From NCBI GenBank assembly GCA_038135595.1, contig JAYPXQ010000002.1, positions 4,951 to 68,950 on the forward strand: DNA of 64,000 nt. Direction: 5' to 3'. The first letter of the stretch is position 1. Each line of letters opens with the position of its first letter. Position numbers and translations under genes: made by a program. The notes under the pieces were generated by a model. It was given only the letters and a program-made list of their open reading frames with translations. It did no database searches and was not told the origin of the DNA. The stretch is from Halieaceae bacterium. GTDB taxonomy: Bacteria > Pseudomonadota > Gammaproteobacteria > Pseudomonadales > Halieaceae. This document shows positions 40,641-50,086 of the stretch, piece by piece.

Positions 40641-42320
40641 TCAAGCCGTGGCGGGTTTGGCGGAGGTTCCGTCTGGTGAGGTGCCGCCCGCGGGCATGTT
40701 CTCAAATATCCAATCGCGGGCCGCCTGAAGTGCTTCCAGGCGCGTCGCGTAGCGGTGCTCGTCGGACAGATGTTCGTTGACACCGAGCCCCTCCAGACTT
40801 GCGGCTACTGCTTCATTGATCCCGCACAGATACAGGTGCTTGCCGGCATGAACGGCGTCCAGAGCAATCGTCTCGACAGCGCGAGCAGCCGAGACATCCA
40901 TGAATGGCACTCTGCCAAAGTCCAGCACCAGTGAAGTGTGGTGCTTTGGGCTCAGCCGTTCTCTGACCTGATGACCTAAATCAGCAGCGGCCCCGAAACT
41001 CAATGGACCACCAAAATTGAAGTAGGTCAAACGGCTACCGCATTCCTCGAGTAGTTCGGTTTCGTCGTCAGTCAGTCCTTCAGTGGGATCGTCTGCGTGT
41101 CCGGCAGCTGATGCCAACTGTTCATCGGCGACTTGCTTGACGAACGCCACCGCCGCTACGACAACGCCCGCCACCACTGCAGTGATCAGATCTACAAATA
41201 CGGTCAGGCTCAAGACCATGACCATCAGCAAAAGGTCAAAACGCGGACCGCGGTGTGCACGCCTCAAATATGACCAATCGATAATGTCGTAGCCTACTTT
41301 GACAAGTATCCCCGCGAGAACCGCGTGCGGTATTTTGGATGCCAAGGGCGCGAGCACCAGTACCACGGCCAGCAGTAATAAACTGTGCAACATGCCTGAA
41401 ATTTTGGTCACGCCGCCCGTGCGGATATTAACGACGGTTCTCATCGTCGCTCCGGCGCCGGGAATCCCACCAAAAAATCCTGCCGCCATATTGCCAACGC
41501 CTTGACCGATGAGTTCTCGGTTGGAGTGATGTCGGGTGCGCGTCATGTTGTCTGCAACCAGCGAGGTCAGCAGGCTGTCTATGGCGCCAAGAATCGCAAG
41601 GATCATGGCCGCTTCGAACACGATTAGGATGGTCGCGCTGGAGAATGCAGGCACAATAAAGTCGGGTAGCCCGGTGGGAATGGCGCCCAATATGGGCACA
41701 TCGGTTAATGCGAGGCTCACGAGGGTACCGATGATCAATGCTGCCAGCGGGCCGGGTAAATATCGTCCCCAGTTGCTGGGCCAGAAAAATACGATGCCGA
41801 GGGTTAGCAATCCCACGCCGAGCGCGCCCATGTTGGGATTGCTGACTGCTGTGGGGACCTCCATGAGCGCCGGGATCGTGCCGCTTTCTGCGGGTTCATG
41901 GCCGAACAACCGTGCTAGTTGTAGCGCAATGATGATGCAGCCGATCCCGCTCATAAATCCCGAAACCACGGGGTAAGGCACCAACCTGATGTACTGCCCA
42001 AACCCCAACAGGCCGAAGGCGATCTGCAGCGCGCCTGCAAGGATTACGGTGGCAAATACCAATGAAAGATCCCCGCTGAGCGAAGCAAAGACGCCAGCAA
42101 AAACCACAATCATTGGGCCCGTGGGTCCCGATATCTGTGACGGGGTACCCCCAAAGAGCGCTGCAAAAAACCCCACGAGGATGGCGCCATAGACACCGGC
42201 AATGGGGCCGGCACCAGAGGCTTCTCCGAAGGCAAGCGCTAGGGGAAGGGCGACCACGCCGGCGGTTAAGCCGCCAAAAATGTCGCCGCGCAGATGAGAG
42301 AAATCAAAAAAGCGGCTCAC
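40641..42320 (-). CDS. SulP-family anion transporter with C-terminal STAS domain
   Basis: 559 aa. DIFGGLTAGVVALPLALAFG, GPTGPMIVV, and a C-terminal STAS domain (VLDFGRVPFMDVSAARAV). Confidence 0.88.
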   Translation of the reverse strand: MSRFFDFSHLRGDIFGGLTAGVVALPLALAFGEASGAGPIAGVYGAILVGFFAALFGGTPSQISGPTGPMIVVFAGVFASLSGDLSLVFATVILAGALQIAFGLLGFGQYIRLVPYPVVSGFMSGIGCIIIALQLARLFGHEPAESGTIPALMEVPTAVSNPNMGALGVGLLTLGIVFFWPSNWGRYLPGPLAALIIGTLVSLALTDVPILGAIPTGLPDFIVPAFSSATILIVFEAAMILAILGAIDSLLTSLVADNMTRTRHHSNRELIGQGVGNMAAGFFGGIPGAGATMRTVVNIRTGGVTKISGMLHSLLLLAVVLVLAPLASKIPHAVLAGILVKVGYDIIDWSYLRRAHRGPRFDLLLMVMVLSLTVFVDLITAVVAGVVVAAVAFVKQVADEQLASAAGHADDPTEGLTDDETELLEECGSRLTYFNFGGPLSFGAAADLGHQVRERLSPKHHTSLVLDFGRVPFMDVSAARAVETIALDAVHAGKHLYLCGINEAVAASLEGLGVNEHLSDEHRYATRLEALQAARDWIFENMPAGGTSPDGTSAKPATA

Positions 42321-42347
42321 GGAAGAACCTCCAATATGAGTATGAAA

Positions 42348-42971
42348 TTAGCCCAGTAAATTCGCGTAATGCTCTGCTACTGGGATGAATGCGCCGGTTT
42401 CGGGGTCATGGCAGGTGACTGCTCCCGAGCCGATGTGGTAAACCCAACCGTGTAAGTCGAGATCACCCGATTCGAGTCCCGCAGCTACAGCCGGATGGGT
42501 CGACAGGTGTTTTAGCTGCAGGACCACGTTGGCCTCGGTGACCGCCAACAAAGGGTTGTCATGTCCCTGCGAAGCCGCCTCGGCGGCCTCGCTGGCATAA
42601 CCAAGCCACTCGTAAACCTGCGGCAGATTCGCTACGGCTTCGCGATTCATCGCGCCCTTCATTGCGCCACAATCGGTGTGGCCCATCACAATGATGTGCT
42701 TCACTTTTAGGGCTGCAACGCCAAACTCTACAGACGCAGCGATATCCCCGTTATAACCGGGCAAAGGTGGCACAATGTTGCCGGCGTTCCGGCAAACAAA
42801 AAGGTCACCAGGGGCAGTTTGGGTGATCAGTCCGGGATCTATTCGGGAGTCCGCGCAGGTAATAAGTAATGTGTCAGGTGCTTGCGCTCCTGCCAATTCG
42901 TCAAAAAGGGCCTGTTTGGCTGGCTGTTGTTCTTGCTGGAAGCGTATTACGCCTTGTACAACTTCTTTCAT
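42348..42971 (-). CDS. Beta-class carbonic anhydrase
   Basis: CADSR and HTDCGAM zinc-ligand motifs, 207 aa. It lies 27 nt upstream of the SulP gene. Confidence 0.9.
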   Translation of the reverse strand: MKEVVQGVIRFQQEQQPAKQALFDELAGAQAPDTLLITCADSRIDPGLITQTAPGDLFVCRNAGNIVPPLPGYNGDIAASVEFGVAALKVKHIIVMGHTDCGAMKGAMNREAVANLPQVYEWLGYASEAAEAASQGHDNPLLAVTEANVVLQLKHLSTHPAVAAGLESGDLDLHGWVYHIGSGAVTCHDPETGAFIPVAEHYANLLG

Positions 42972-43033
42972 TGTTGCTTAACCCTTTCGTAGTGGGACGG
43001 TGATATCACGGGCGACGTTGTACGCAGTTTTAC

Positions 43034-43082
43034 GTGATAGATAAATCGCAGATCATCATATTATGTGATAGATTTTATCTAT
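43034..43082. promoter_or_regulatory. Candidate LysR-type operator: direct 9-mer repeat plus a perfect 6-3-6 palindrome
   Basis: GTGATAGAT at 43034-43042 and again at 43065-43073, 31 bp apart. ATAGAT-TTT-ATCTAT at 43068-43082 fits the T-N11-A style. It lies in the 206-bp divergent region between the beta-CA and LysR genes. Confidence 0.5.
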
Positions 43083-43177
43083 ATTTTGGCGGTTGCTTGG
43101 TTTCCAAGCATGTTTGCGCTGCGATTTACTGCAAATTAACGCCTACCTTTAATCCCTCAGCGTCGCGAGTAAAACAG

Positions 43178-44107
43178 ATGGTAAAACCGGAGCAATTAAG
43201 CTTTAGGCAACTGCGGTATTTTGAGGCGATTGCAGATGCGGGCAGCTTTCGCCGGGCCGCCGATCGTCTGGGGGTGACGCAACCGACCCTGACCGTTCAG
43301 ATTGCCGCTATGGAAAAGGCGTTGGACACCAGGCTTTTTGAGCGACAGCGCAACGGTGTCATTCTGACTCCGGTGGGTCGTGAGCTACTACCACGCGCGC
43401 GAAGCATTGCAGAAGAGCTGAAGGAATTCTGTGATCAAGCACGGGGCGTATCGAGCGGTAGCGTTTATCGCATGGGGGTAACCCGCACCCTCGGGCCCTA
43501 CCTCCTGCCTCGCGTTTTGCCTCAGCTACATCAACGTTTCGAAAACCTTCGCTTGTATGTGCGTGAATCGACCCCGGCGCAGTTGGGAGCAGAGCTAAAG
43601 TCAGCGGTGCACGACGTCGTATTGACGACATTGCCATTAGCAGGCGATGAACTGGAGATCGCACCGCTATTTAGGGAGCCCGTGAAACTGGCGGTGCCAC
43701 TCGAGCACCCGTTGGCATCTAAATCATCTGTAACGGGCACTGACCTGGTCGGCGAATCGGTGCTGACCATTGATGAGCAGCACCTGTACCACAAGCAGGT
43801 AAGCGATCTCTGCGAGAGTCTCGGTGCCACAGTGAACCGCGACTTTGAGGGAACCTCGCTCGATACGTTGCGGCAAATGGTGGTGATGGGAATGGGTATT
43901 TCTTTTTTACCGGCGCTGTATGTGGCGTCTGAAATTGGTGAATCGGATACGCCCCGTATTACAGATGTCCGGGGCGTCACCATGAGTAGAGATCATGCAC
44001 TGGCTTGGCGTCGACGCTCGCCTTCACGCGTCGCTTTTAGACAGCTTGCCGATGCCATCAGAGACGTGGTGAGCGAGCATCTAGCCGGCGAGGTAACTCT
44101 CATTTGA
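43178..44107 (+). CDS. LysR-family transcriptional regulator
   Basis: LSFRQLRYFEAIADAGSFRRAADRLGVTQPTLTVQIAAMEKAL winged-HTH. ATG 43178; the 48-codon extension in the track is AT-rich promoter sequence. Confidence 0.9.
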   Translation: MVKPEQLSFRQLRYFEAIADAGSFRRAADRLGVTQPTLTVQIAAMEKALDTRLFERQRNGVILTPVGRELLPRARSIAEELKEFCDQARGVSSGSVYRMGVTRTLGPYLLPRVLPQLHQRFENLRLYVRESTPAQLGAELKSAVHDVVLTTLPLAGDELEIAPLFREPVKLAVPLEHPLASKSSVTGTDLVGESVLTIDEQHLYHKQVSDLCESLGATVNRDFEGTSLDTLRQMVVMGMGISFLPALYVASEIGESDTPRITDVRGVTMSRDHALAWRRRSPSRVAFRQLADAIRDVVSEHLAGEVTLI

Positions 44108-44177
44108 GCCTTCAATAACTCGCATCAGGGCCCACAATGGCGCACAATGCGCGTCCCGTAAATACTGACCCCAGGTT

Positions 44178-45362
44178 ATGTACCGAATTAAGACCTACAA
44201 CACCATTTCTCCACGCGGCCTTGATCGATTCGAGCGCGGTAGTTACGAGGTGGGGCAAGACATTGCGCACCCGGATGCGCTCTTACTGCGCAGCCATAAA
44301 CTGCAGGCCGAGGAGATCCCGCCGTCGGTGACCGCCATCGCTCGAGCAGGCGCGGGGGTCAACAACATCCCATTGGCGCTGTGCATCGAACGCGGTATCC
44401 CGGTCTTCAACACGCCTGGCGCGAATGCCAATGCAGTAAAAGAGCTCGTGGCAGCGGCAATGCTGCTGGCGTCGCGGGATATCGTGGGTGGCATCGCGTT
44501 TGCTCAATCCCAAGATGCCACGATGTCTGCCCAAGCGATGAATGCGCTGATGGAGCAGGAGAAGAAGCGATTTGCCGGTGCCGAACTGGCGGGAAAGACG
44601 CTGGGGGTTGTGGGCTTGGGTTCGATCGGAAGTCTGGTAGCGCGACTCGGACTGGATTTTGGAATGCGTGTCGTGGGTTATGACCCTGCGCTCTCGGTGG
44701 AAGCTGCCTGGCGCTTACCCAGTGACGTGCAGCGAATGGAGAACATGCAGTCGCTCTTCAGTCGCAGTGACTTTGTTAGCCTGCACCTGCCCGTGTTGGA
44801 CAGCACCCGAGGGCTCATTAATAAGGAAATGCTGGGGCATTTCCGAAAAGGAAGTTGCTTACTTAACTTTGCCCGCGAAGAGATTGTGGACACGGAATCC
44901 GTCGTGTCAGCCCTTGATGCCAAGCAACTGCGTTTTTATGTCAGTGATTTTCCAAACCCTGCGCTCCTTGGCCGAAAAGATGCCTTGTTGATGCCACATA
45001 TCGGCGCCAGTACGGCGGAAGCCGAGGAAAATTGTGCTGTTATGGCGGCCAGCCAGCTCAAGGCATTCCTGGAGCATGGCAACATTCGCAACTCGGTTAA
45101 CTTCCCTTCGATTGAGCTCGAACGCACCACGGACTGTCGCGTCACGATATCCAATCGCAACGAGCCCGGCATGCTGAGTCACATTCTGACGCTCATCGGC
45201 GACGACGGATTGAATGTGGCGGATTTGCTGAACAAAAGTATCGGTGACGTTGCCTACAACATCATTGATCTTGACACCCCTCCGCAAGACGCGGTGTTGG
45301 AGAAAATCCGCAGCCTGAACGGAGTTATTAATCTTCGCGTGATCGAGGGTCCGCTGGGCTAG
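44178..45362 (+). CDS. serA: D-3-phosphoglycerate dehydrogenase-type 2-hydroxyacid dehydrogenase with C-terminal ACT-like domain
   Basis: 394 aa. NAD motif GVVGLGSIGSLVA, catalytic-region blocks (NFAREEIVD, PHIGAST) and a C-terminal regulatory segment. Confidence 0.7.
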   Translation: MYRIKTYNTISPRGLDRFERGSYEVGQDIAHPDALLLRSHKLQAEEIPPSVTAIARAGAGVNNIPLALCIERGIPVFNTPGANANAVKELVAAAMLLASRDIVGGIAFAQSQDATMSAQAMNALMEQEKKRFAGAELAGKTLGVVGLGSIGSLVARLGLDFGMRVVGYDPALSVEAAWRLPSDVQRMENMQSLFSRSDFVSLHLPVLDSTRGLINKEMLGHFRKGSCLLNFAREEIVDTESVVSALDAKQLRFYVSDFPNPALLGRKDALLMPHIGASTAEAEENCAVMAASQLKAFLEHGNIRNSVNFPSIELERTTDCRVTISNRNEPGMLSHILTLIGDDGLNVADLLNKSIGDVAYNIIDLDTPPQDAVLEKIRSLNGVINLRVIEGPLG

Positions 45363-48300
45363 CGCTGATCCCCGCGCGTCGACATCTCCTCGTTCGCCTT
45401 GCTGAGCCGAGCGGCGCAAATGTTGCCGCTGGCACTCATCCGCTCGACAACATTTTGCGCCAATATAGACAAACCCCCTGTCATAACGGCCAGACTTCCC
45501 CCCACTACTGTGTTGGCAGGGTCCGCCATGATTTTGGGATCGGACAGCGTCCCCGAGACCTCGACATAAGGATTGATGACGCTACTCACGCTTAACCCCA
45601 ACCCTTTTTGTGGAACCGTTTTAAATTTGGCTTTGATGCGCTCGGTGCCGAGGTCAAGCGTTACGTTGGAGAATATTTTTACATCGGGTGTGTCAACAAC
45701 CACTGCAGGCTTCCCTGATAGTTTGCCGGCTTCGCTGGTGATGAAGGCGGCAGCGCAGTTGATCGACGTAACGTCTCTCTGGCTTTGCAGTGGATTCAGC
45801 ACTTGCGCGAGCTCCTGTAAAAAGGAATTGGTGAGTCGATCGAAACCGGCGTTCAGCACCTTTCCCGATCCCATCACTACATTGAGATAACCCTCGAGAC
45901 TCGATGCCAACTCGCGTGTTGTATTGCCGGCACCGGTCAATTTGGACTTGAACTCATAAGAGGGCAGGGAATCGACGTCTTCCGACGGGGCCTTGGGGAT
46001 ACCCATAACCAAATTGATTCCCTCGATCGCGATATCCAATTGAGGCGCGGCACCCTGATTGCTGAGGAGGGATCCCGTCAGAGTTGCCCCACCGGAGCGC
46101 TCGTTTTCTGCCGAGAAATGAGGGATCACAATGCCCTGTTCGCTGATGTTCAGCTCGCCCCTCACGTTAAAAACCGGTCTTGGGAGACCGACGAGTTCGG
46201 CGATGCTGAGTTCGGTGTTCACAACAACATCACGTAACCATTGGGTGGAGGTCGGATAATCGGGCAAAACCCGATGATTGTCGGCCAATCCAGCATCTTG
46301 CTCGGGCATCGCACTCTCGCCCTCGCGCAGTGCGGCGAGCCAGGGATCGAGATTCAGGCGACGGCCACTCACATTCAGCTTTACCTGCAGGCCCGAAGCG
46401 CGCACTGCCGCGCCTTTGACGCTGAGATCACTCTCGCCAGAGAGCAGCGTCAGGGTGTCAACAACGAGCGCTCCCTCCCGCGAATCGATATCCGCGGTGA
46501 TCTGTAGGTCCTGGTCCGGAAAAGGGAAATCGAGCCACTCTTTGAGTAAGTTCAAACGCGCAATACTGATCACAGCGTCGAGGTGACTGTCAGAAAACGC
46601 CTCACTGGACAGTTCGAGTAAGCCGGCACTCTCAATCTGAAGCTCCGCCGAATTGATCCGCAGCGCCTCAACGCGCACTTGGTGTGCGTTCCAGTCACCC
46701 CTGACCGTCGCAGTCATGGGCATCAGAGGTGTGTCGGGACCGCGCTCAGCAGCGGGCAAATAGTCTCTCGCGTCTGGTGTGCTCGCTTGCCAATCGAATC
46801 CAGCCGTCCCTTCAATGAGATCCAACGAGAGGTGACCGTCGGCGGTAATCGATCCGTAGCGCAGCCGATTATCGGCAACATCAAGAGCGATGACGCCGGG
46901 CTTCCATATCACATCGCCACTGAAGTTAAGCGGTCTGTCGTAGCGCTGCGGCACCGCCAATGCCGGGAAAAGCTTTTGAAAAACGGGGACCGAGACGTCC
47001 AAAAATCCGGAAATGCTGGGTTCGGTGTCTTGCAGAGAAATGTCGCCCGCGAACGCCGCCACGTTTTGATCTGCCGTCAACATTGCCCTCTCAATCTTCA
47101 TTACATCAGGCGAAGTAAAAGCCAGCTGAGCCTCGGCAACGGCAGGCAGGTCAGGCAAAAATTGTGTTTGTGACACCCAGGGCGCAAGCGCCTCCTGCAA
47201 ATTCTGCGACTGAGCGGTGACGGAAATTGCGGTTTTTTCGGTAGCTTCTGCCCAGCCAATAAGGCCTCGCACAGACACCACATCGTTACTCGTACGAACG
47301 GTCAGGCTCTCTACTGTAAGGGTCTCGGGCGCAGAGAGGGTCGCTTCCCCCGCGAAGTCGATAGGGGCGAGTGGAGGGGGGGGGTCCATCAAGAGACCAA
47401 GCCACTGGCCAGGTGCTGCGCTGCGCCCCGAGAATTGCACCGATGATCCTGAATAGCCTGGGGCCGGTGTCAACCGACCGTTGAGCGTGAGTGTCAGCAG
47501 TGGAGATGTACTGGTGACGACTATGTCAGTGCCATCGGCATTACGGGCGAGTGACAGGGTGCCGCTGAGTGAGCCCTGTAGCGGTTTGGCGGGATCAAGC
47601 AGGCCTGAGAATGCACTCAAGTCGGGGATGTCGATATCGCCGCTGAGCTCGCCTGCGTTGAGCGAGTGATATCCCGGCAGTGTGCCCGACAGCGAGAGGG
47701 TGATTGCCTCACTGGTCAGCTGCAGTTGTTCAACGGTTACGGCTTGTCCATCGAGTAATGCCTCGATATCCATAGCAAAAGGCGCGGTAGGGAATCCTTG
47801 TGCATCCAGCAGCGCCCCGACTTGGGACAGGCTGGGGCCGCTGGCGCTGAGCACGATGTGGCCGCTCTCCACGCCTGAGTCAAGTGGTTGATCTGCGGAA
47901 CCTGTCACGCGCAACTCGCCCAGGCGGCCACTGAGATTGACGACGCGTCGGTCGCCTTGCCTTCGGGACTGTAGCGCGAGATCAGCTGGACCTTCGGTGC
48001 TGGCCGGTAAGTTCAGGGATTGCAAGACGTTCTGCGCGCTATCGGTATGTATCGACAGATCGATATCGGCGCCGATGAGTTCATCAATTGACGCTACGGA
48101 CGTGGACAGTTCAAACACAGTGTCTCCGAGAGACCCTTCCCAATGAACCTGCCAGTCGCGAATATCCAGTAGAGACGCGACACCCTCTACCATCACTGTA
48201 GTGCCGAAGGGACTGGTATTGAGACTGCCGCGGCTGCGCAGCTGTAGCGTGTCTTCGATGAGTGTCTCGTGAAGCGTCTCGATAAACAGCGTCCGTTGTT

Positions 48301-48808
48301 GATTGCTGCGGGCGTCCCACACGCGCAGCAGCGCTCGTTCGAAGCGCAGGTCGGTTGCACGTAGCGCATAGGGCAGTTTAGCCCCGCTGGGGTCTTCGGC
48401 GGTGAGATCTCCATCGCTGAATGTGGGCCAATTCCCCTGGCCGGTCTCATCGATGTCGATAAATACCCTTAGGTCGTCGACCGAAGCTGAAGGAACGACG
48501 ATGGTGTCATCCCAGAGTGAAAAGAGGGAAACCTGTGCAACTAGCGCGCCTATTGTGGCAAATGCCGGTGTGCCCTCGCTGGTCCCAGCAACGGTGATGT
48601 TGTTGAGCGACAGCGTCGTGACGGAGCCAATGCGAAGGCTGATCGGGCCCGCTATCTGGACATCTCGATTTAACGCGGTGCGGGCAATCCACTCGTAAAG
48701 CGGTCGCGAGGCGCCTAAATTGAGGCTGACTACCGCCGCCGTCAGGGCGAGCACCAAAACAAGTGACGCCACAAAAAAGTATCGCAGGGCAGGCATTACT
48801 CTCCGCAT
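45359..48808 (-). CDS. AsmA-family large envelope protein (N-terminal anchor, long beta-rich body)
   Basis: 1149 aa. N-terminal TM LRYFFVASLVLVLALTAAVV, then a repetitive Ser/Thr/Gly/Leu-rich beta-type sequence. The family call comes from overall architecture only. Confidence 0.55.
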   Translation of the reverse strand: MRRVMPALRYFFVASLVLVLALTAAVVSLNLGASRPLYEWIARTALNRDVQIAGPISLRIGSVTTLSLNNITVAGTSEGTPAFATIGALVAQVSLFSLWDDTIVVPSASVDDLRVFIDIDETGQGNWPTFSDGDLTAEDPSGAKLPYALRATDLRFERALLRVWDARSNQQRTLFIETLHETLIEDTLQLRSRGSLNTSPFGTTVMVEGVASLLDIRDWQVHWEGSLGDTVFELSTSVASIDELIGADIDLSIHTDSAQNVLQSLNLPASTEGPADLALQSRRQGDRRVVNLSGRLGELRVTGSADQPLDSGVESGHIVLSASGPSLSQVGALLDAQGFPTAPFAMDIEALLDGQAVTVEQLQLTSEAITLSLSGTLPGYHSLNAGELSGDIDIPDLSAFSGLLDPAKPLQGSLSGTLSLARNADGTDIVVTSTSPLLTLTLNGRLTPAPGYSGSSVQFSGRSAAPGQWLGLLMDPPPPLAPIDFAGEATLSAPETLTVESLTVRTSNDVVSVRGLIGWAEATEKTAISVTAQSQNLQEALAPWVSQTQFLPDLPAVAEAQLAFTSPDVMKIERAMLTADQNVAAFAGDISLQDTEPSISGFLDVSVPVFQKLFPALAVPQRYDRPLNFSGDVIWKPGVIALDVADNRLRYGSITADGHLSLDLIEGTAGFDWQASTPDARDYLPAAERGPDTPLMPMTATVRGDWNAHQVRVEALRINSAELQIESAGLLELSSEAFSDSHLDAVISIARLNLLKEWLDFPFPDQDLQITADIDSREGALVVDTLTLLSGESDLSVKGAAVRASGLQVKLNVSGRRLNLDPWLAALREGESAMPEQDAGLADNHRVLPDYPTSTQWLRDVVVNTELSIAELVGLPRPVFNVRGELNISEQGIVIPHFSAENERSGGATLTGSLLSNQGAAPQLDIAIEGINLVMGIPKAPSEDVDSLPSYEFKSKLTGAGNTTRELASSLEGYLNVVMGSGKVLNAGFDRLTNSFLQELAQVLNPLQSQRDVTSINCAAAFITSEAGKLSGKPAVVVDTPDVKIFSNVTLDLGTERIKAKFKTVPQKGLGLSVSSVINPYVEVSGTLSDPKIMADPANTVVGGSLAVMTGGLSILAQNVVERMSASGNICAARLSKANEEMSTRGDQR

Positions 48809-48968
48809 GATGAAAGTCCTATAACGTCAAGCGCGCGTTACCCGGGATTGATGGGGTTGCGTATTGTATCGGGACACGCCCTTCCCCAAAACGCTTTTCG
48901 AGGCGGTGCACCAGGAGTGTCATAATCTGAACCTGTATTACGAGCAAAGGGTTGTGACAGTGGGTGAT

Positions 48969-49994
48969 ATGAGTTTCATCTCAGACAATCAGGCGGGCGT
49001 GCACCCAAGCGTGCTGGAGCGACTGCAATCGCTTTCGCGCGGTAGCGCGGCGGGCTATGGCGAGGATCAGTGGACTGCCGAGGCGGAGTCGGCGGTGCAG
49101 CGGGTTTTCGAGACCGACTGCGCGGTTTTTTTTGTTTCAACGGGCACTGCCGCCAACGCGCTCGCCTTGAGCGCGTTGTCTCCCCCCTGGGGCGCTATTT
49201 ATTGTCATGACGGCGCGCACATCTGTAACGACGAGAACACGGCGGTAGAGTTTTATACCGGTGGCGCGCGTTTGGTGGGCGTGTCGGGGCCCGCGGGCAA
49301 GCCCGATGTGAATACCATGCGAGCGCATATGGAGATTGCCACGGTGCATGGTGTACATAATGCCAAACCCGCGGTCATCAGTTTGTCGAACGTTACTGAA
49401 TCCGGCACTGTCTATAGCGCCCACGAAATCGCGCCTTACCGCGATCTCGCTGATACCTTCGGCTTGCGCCTTCACATGGATGGTGCTCGGTTTGCCAATG
49501 CTGTGGTTTCCAGCGGCGCGACTCCGGCAGCACTGACTTGGCAATCAGGCGTCGATTGCCTCAGCTTTGGATTAACAAAAGACGGCGGTATTGCCGCGGA
49601 GGCGGTAGTCATTTTCGATCATGCGCTGGCAGAAGAGTTTGCTTATCGCCGCAAGAGAGCGGGACACCTCTGGTCCAAACACCGGTTCCTGGCGGCTCAA
49701 TGGCTTTCGCTGTTGGAAGGCGATTTGTGGCTGGACAACGCACGTCATGCCAACGCGATGGCGCAACGGCTTGCCGAGGCCTTTGGCGACCACGACAGTA
49801 TTGATCTGCCCTGGGCCGTGGATGCCAACGAGATCTTTCCGGTAATCCCCGAGCAATTACGGGATGGATTAAGGCAGGCGGGGCTGGAGTTTTATGATTG
49901 GCCGGCGCGACCTGACATGACCCGATTTGTGACGAGCTTTAATACCGAGGCTGCGGCGGTAGATCAGGCGGTAGCGATTATTGCAGGAGCTTGA
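48969..49994 (+). CDS. ltaE: Low-specificity L-threonine aldolase (beta-eliminating lyase fold)
   Basis: MSFISDNQAGVHPSVLERL..., STGTAANALAL, and PLP-Lys region SFGLTKDGG. ATG 48969. Confidence 0.8.
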   Translation: MSFISDNQAGVHPSVLERLQSLSRGSAAGYGEDQWTAEAESAVQRVFETDCAVFFVSTGTAANALALSALSPPWGAIYCHDGAHICNDENTAVEFYTGGARLVGVSGPAGKPDVNTMRAHMEIATVHGVHNAKPAVISLSNVTESGTVYSAHEIAPYRDLADTFGLRLHMDGARFANAVVSSGATPAALTWQSGVDCLSFGLTKDGGIAAEAVVIFDHALAEEFAYRRKRAGHLWSKHRFLAAQWLSLLEGDLWLDNARHANAMAQRLAEAFGDHDSIDLPWAVDANEIFPVIPEQLRDGLRQAGLEFYDWPARPDMTRFVTSFNTEAAAVDQAVAIIAGA

Positions 49995-50086
49995 GTCCGG
50001 AATCCCGCAGCGACGTTAAAGTCAGGGCCATGGCTCGGCCGCTCAGGGAATAAGATCCCATCTATTCAACTGTCACATAGGGTGGG

